Shown in pieces: positions 32,935 through 35,570 of a DNA stretch of 35,570 bases. The stretch comes from a virus (taxonomy: Duplodnaviria; Caudoviricetes). Location of the stretch: positions 1 to 35,570 of IMG/VR virus record IMGVR_UViG_3300023261_000005. One strand, written 5' to 3'. A model generated the notes under the pieces. It was not told the DNA's origin. It did not search any database and saw only the letters and a program-made list of their open reading frames with translations. The position numbers were made by a program, and so were the translations under genes. Position 1 is the stretch's first letter; each line of letters begins with the position of its first letter.

Positions 32935-33592
32935 CGCTGGCCTCATCCTGGATGACGTCCAGGATGAGGACGTCTTCAGCCTCTGCCACACTGCGTCCTG
33001 CCGCGATTTCCAACTGGCGGACGATCTGGTCGAGCTCTTCAGACTCGGGGGAGAGCAGCCGCAGCTGCGCCGCGGCCTGTGCGCCGGAGATGCGAGCGAG
33101 CACCTCGACGTCCTGGCGGAGTTCCTTGTGCCAGGCGAGCCGGTTCTCGTTGGCGTACCGGTTCCCGTCGGCGTCCTCGAAGTAGTCGGCGCCCGCAAAC
33201 TCGATCGAGCGGCGGAGAGAATCCTCCATCGTGCCGATCAGCGTCTGACGCATCACCTCGACGGTCTCCGGCTTGCCTTCGACGCTGGCGATGAAGCCCG
33301 CGACCGCCCCGCGAGCGTGCTCGGCGCTCGGGTATTCGAGAAGCTCAGCGATCTCCTGGTAGGGGACTGAGCGCTTCCGCATCACGTACGCGGCGTATGC
33401 GCGCTTGGACGGGTTGGTCGCGTTCCGGCGCAGCGTCTCCATGTCGACCTGGCCCTGCGGGAGTGTCGGAATTCCGACACGGACGACGGGCTTCTTCTCT
33501 GCCGGCGGCTCGTTCTTCGCCCTGGTCGGCGGCTTCTTGCCGGGACGGAAGACGATCACGTTGGACGGCGGAGTGCTCTCGTCGTCGCTCAC
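32927..33592 (-). CDS. HTH DNA-binding protein, probable terminase small subunit
   Basis: AY.MRKRSVPYQEIAELLEYPSAEHARGAV HTH followed by a helical region; two genes upstream of terL. Confidence 0.6.
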   Translation of the reverse strand: MSDDESTPPSNVIVFRPGKKPPTRAKNEPPAEKKPVVRVGIPTLPQGQVDMETLRRNATNPSKRAYAAYVMRKRSVPYQEIAELLEYPSAEHARGAVAGFIASVEGKPETVEVMRQTLIGTMEDSLRRSIEFAGADYFEDADGNRYANENRLAWHKELRQDVEVLARISGAQAAAQLRLLSPESEELDQIVRQLEIAAGRSVAEAEDVLILDVIQDEASDG

Positions 33593-33753
33593 TTCAGTCC
33601 CCGCTCGTCGAGATCCTTCTGGATCAGGCTGCGGATGTAGTCACTGCGGGTCCGCCCGTTGCGAGCGATGTTGACCTGCTCGACCTCATGCGGAGCGAGG
33701 CGGAAGACGACTTGAGCGTCTCTCGCCACCCCGATCCGCGGCTCGTACGGCAT
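33589..33753 (-). CDS. ribbon-helix-helix DNA-binding protein (54 aa), not in ORF track
   Basis: MPYEPRIGVARDAQVVFRLAPHEVEQVNIARNGRTRSDYIRSLIQKDLDERGLK; GTGA overlap with next gene. Confidence 0.8.
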   Translation of the reverse strand: MPYEPRIGVARDAQVVFRLAPHEVEQVNIARNGRTRSDYIRSLIQKDLDERGLK

Positions 33754-33759
33754 GGCGGA

Positions 33760-33772
33760 AGCGTAACACGCT
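33760..33772 (-). promoter_or_regulatory. extended -10 promoter (TGT-TACGCT) for a leaderless RHH mRNA, overlapped by palindrome AGCGT-GTT-ACGCT
   Basis: -10 lies 6 nt before ATG 33753; no SD present. Confidence 0.55.
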
Positions 33773-33962
33773 ACCTTCTCTGGTGCTCCGCACTGGTGGC
33801 AACACGACGACGGGCGTCGCTGCAGGCGAGCGCCGCATGCTCAGTGTGATGCCGATGCCGGCAGGACAGTCCATCCGGGTTCTTCGGCGTGGTGAACCAG
33901 CCCATCCAGCGCACCGGGTCATCGTCGACCTGCTGTGCCCAGATGAACTCGGTGTCACCCAT
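33771..33962 (-). CDS. small hypothetical protein with CxHxH..xxAAxxC motif
   Basis: TGATG-coupled start at 33962; CRHRHHTEHAALAC. Confidence 0.65.
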   Translation of the reverse strand: MGDTEFIWAQQVDDDPVRWMGWFTTPKNPDGLSCRHRHHTEHAALACSDARRRVATSAEHQRR

Positions 33963-34696
33963 CAGTAATCCCACCGCCCGGTCGACTCGGTCGCCGCGAA
34001 GGACGCGCGATCGACGCCGTCGCGAAAGCCGTTCAGCCAACTGCGACGGAGGCGCTGCTCGATCGGCTCCTCGGCAAACGTCACGTACTCCTCCGGCTTG
34101 ACGGTGACCTTCCGGGTCAGGAACCTCGAGAACGCCTCCCGCTCCTCCGGCGGCACCTTCTCCCAGAACTCGTCTGAGATCCCCGGGTGCTCGGAGGCCG
34201 GCTCGTCCGCCGGGACGGGCTCGTACTCCGGGGCGCGCTCGCGGAACAGGATGCCCGCGTTCTGCAGGGCGGTGATGATGTCGCTCCGAGCGTTCACCCC
34301 ATTGACCCCCGCCTCAAACAGCGCTTGGTCCACCTTGCGCATCGTGTCCTCACTGTGCCGGGTGATGTCGACGATGCCTGTGTCGATCTCGTGCTCGTTG
34401 CCGAAGTGCTGCTCCGGGTCCAGGTCCGGCGCCGGCTCGTCGGGGTTCAGGATCTGCACCTCCGCGCCGGGCGCCGCGATGGAGTAGCCGAGCTCTGTCA
34501 GGCGGTCCACGGCGCGGGTCAGCCATTCGTCGTCGTCCTCGTGCCCATGAGGGCGCGGGCAGTCCGGGTCGTCGCAGAGCGCCTCGTCGGCCAGCGCTTC
34601 CTGCTTAGCCGCCTCGGCGTCGGCCGCCATGCGGACGTGGAGCGGGATGCGGTCGCGCCAGTAGTCGTCTTTCTCGTCCATCTGCTCAGTCGTCAT
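33962..34696 (-). CDS. acidic hypothetical protein (244 aa)
   Basis: ATGA-coupled start at 34696; contains CDDPDCPRPH. Confidence 0.7.
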   Translation of the reverse strand: MTTEQMDEKDDYWRDRIPLHVRMAADAEAAKQEALADEALCDDPDCPRPHGHEDDDEWLTRAVDRLTELGYSIAAPGAEVQILNPDEPAPDLDPEQHFGNEHEIDTGIVDITRHSEDTMRKVDQALFEAGVNGVNARSDIITALQNAGILFRERAPEYEPVPADEPASEHPGISDEFWEKVPPEEREAFSRFLTRKVTVKPEEYVTFAEEPIEQRLRRSWLNGFRDGVDRASFAATESTGRWDY

Positions 34697-34809
34697 GACG
34701 TTTCCCATCTCGTGTCGATGGTGCTGCAGCGCACCTCGTTGTCGTTCTCGTCCAGGGTCCAGCCGATGCAGTTGCGCGGCTTGCCCTGTGCGCACTCGGG
34801 GCACTTCAT
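34693..34809 (-). CDS. small Cys4 zinc-binding protein (38 aa, MKCPECAQGKPRNCIGW...VRC...), not in ORF track
   Basis: Manual translation; ATGA overlaps at both ends. Confidence 0.7.
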   Translation of the reverse strand: MKCPECAQGKPRNCIGWTLDENDNEVRCSTIDTRWETS

Positions 34810-35093
34810 GCTTCGATCCCCTCTACGTGATTGCGGATCATGCGCTCGTCTTTGACGAACGGGTCCGGGCCAGCCCAGACGGTGATCTTGTCGGCGATGC
34901 CGGATGCCTCGACCTCGTAGCCCTCGATCGTCGGCGGCGGCATGAAGTAGATCAGCGCGTGCCGGATGTCCGGCTCGTTTATCACCGGGCTCATGAGCAG
35001 CTGCAGGTTCGGCACATGCACCGCCATCGTGGTGCCGTTCTGCCGCATGAGGATCACGGCCTCGGTCTTCAACTCGGTCTTGAGGTTGCTCAT
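34806..35093 (-). CDS. hypothetical protein (95 aa)
   Basis: ATGA overlaps at both ends. Confidence 0.7.
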   Translation of the reverse strand: MSNLKTELKTEAVILMRQNGTTMAVHVPNLQLLMSPVINEPDIRHALIYFMPPPTIEGYEVEASGIADKITVWAGPDPFVKDERMIRNHVEGIEA

Positions 35094-35341
35094 GCCGACT
35101 GCCGCCTCGCGCGAAGCTCGGCGATGCGCGCCTGTCGTGAGGCGCGCGCCTCGTCCTCCGGCTGCACCGGCGCCGGGACGCCAGCGATGCCGGCCTCCTT
35201 CGCGTTCAGGCGCGCGACGGCGCGAGCAGAGTCACCGACGTCATTGAAGCCGATCGGATGTTCGCGGATCAGTGTGCCGTGCTCGTCGACCAGCCCGACG
35301 TAGTAGACGCCGAAGCGGACGTAGTTCGTCCAGGTGTTCAT
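35090..35341 (-). CDS. hypothetical protein (83 aa, MNTWTNYVRFG...)
   Basis: GGAG SD, ATGA overlap; trimmed from ORF 35090..35560. Confidence 0.7.
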   Translation of the reverse strand: MNTWTNYVRFGVYYVGLVDEHGTLIREHPIGFNDVGDSARAVARLNAKEAGIAGVPAPVQPEDEARASRQARIAELRARRQSA

Positions 35342-35502
35342 CGTTCTCCATCCGGCGCCGGGATGCGGCGCAGTAGTTGGGCGTAGACATCGCGCTCGAC
35401 GGGCGTGAGCACGACGGTGCGGTGCAGTTCGTTGAGCGCCTCGCGGATCAGCTTGCGCTCGAGCGGGGTGAGCACGACGGTGATGCCTTGGGCGTTGGGC
35501 AT
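35338..35502 (-). CDS. small hypothetical protein (54 aa) with internal TVVLTPxER duplication
   Basis: Manual translation; TGATG and ATGA coupling. Confidence 0.65.
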   Translation of the reverse strand: MPNAQGITVVLTPLERKLIREALNELHRTVVLTPVERDVYAQLLRRIPAPDGER

Positions 35503-35570
35503 CAGGGAGCCGCCAATCCGTCGAACGAGTGCCGGCAGGCATGCAGGCCGTCATGCCCATGCCCCCGGAT
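35502..35570 (-). CDS. 3' end of a hypothetical protein truncated by the window (...GHGHDGLHACRHSFDGLAAP)
   Basis: Open frame to the window edge; TGA overlaps the next ATG. Confidence 0.45.
   Translation of the reverse strand: MRGHGHDGLHACRHSFDGLAAP

Noticed and set aside
1-35570. Integrase/att site, tRNA genes, introns or inteins
   Set aside because: None recognisable by eye; terL and portal have normal lengths with no intein motifs. Lifestyle cannot be determined from this window.

Overview
This window is part of a high-GC tailed (sipho-type) actinobacteriophage or prophage; the host is probably a Microbacteriaceae-like actinomycete (inference from gene style). Bases ~1926-35570 form one minus-strand virion/lysis arm. 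In transcription order it carries small Zn-binding and RHH genes, terminase, a DUF1360-like membrane protein, portal, a MuF/maturation-protease fusion, separate capsid hexamer and pentamer genes (Mycobacterium cluster B/Rosebush-like layout), major tail, a 4-gene accessory fibre module, head-tail adaptor, tail terminator, tail assembly chaperone, tape measure, minor tail proteins and an M23+amidase endolysin. Bases 1-1939 hold a convergent plus-strand run of small, translationally coupled genes. The most striking features are: (1) a 24-bp direct repeat CACACGAATGGGAGnnnAGCATGA at four consecutive gene junctions, delimiting ~180-bp unrelated single-gene cassettes; (2) a Dit-like tail protein whose carbohydrate-binding domains appear nested inside one another, with the nesting closing only in the next gene; (3) a tail-chaperone -1 frame extension with no canonical slippery heptamer; (4) a small head gene with an ATC start that is also in frame with the protease UGA. 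All family assignments come from reading motifs by eye; no database searches were run. No integrase, tRNA or CRISPR array was seen.
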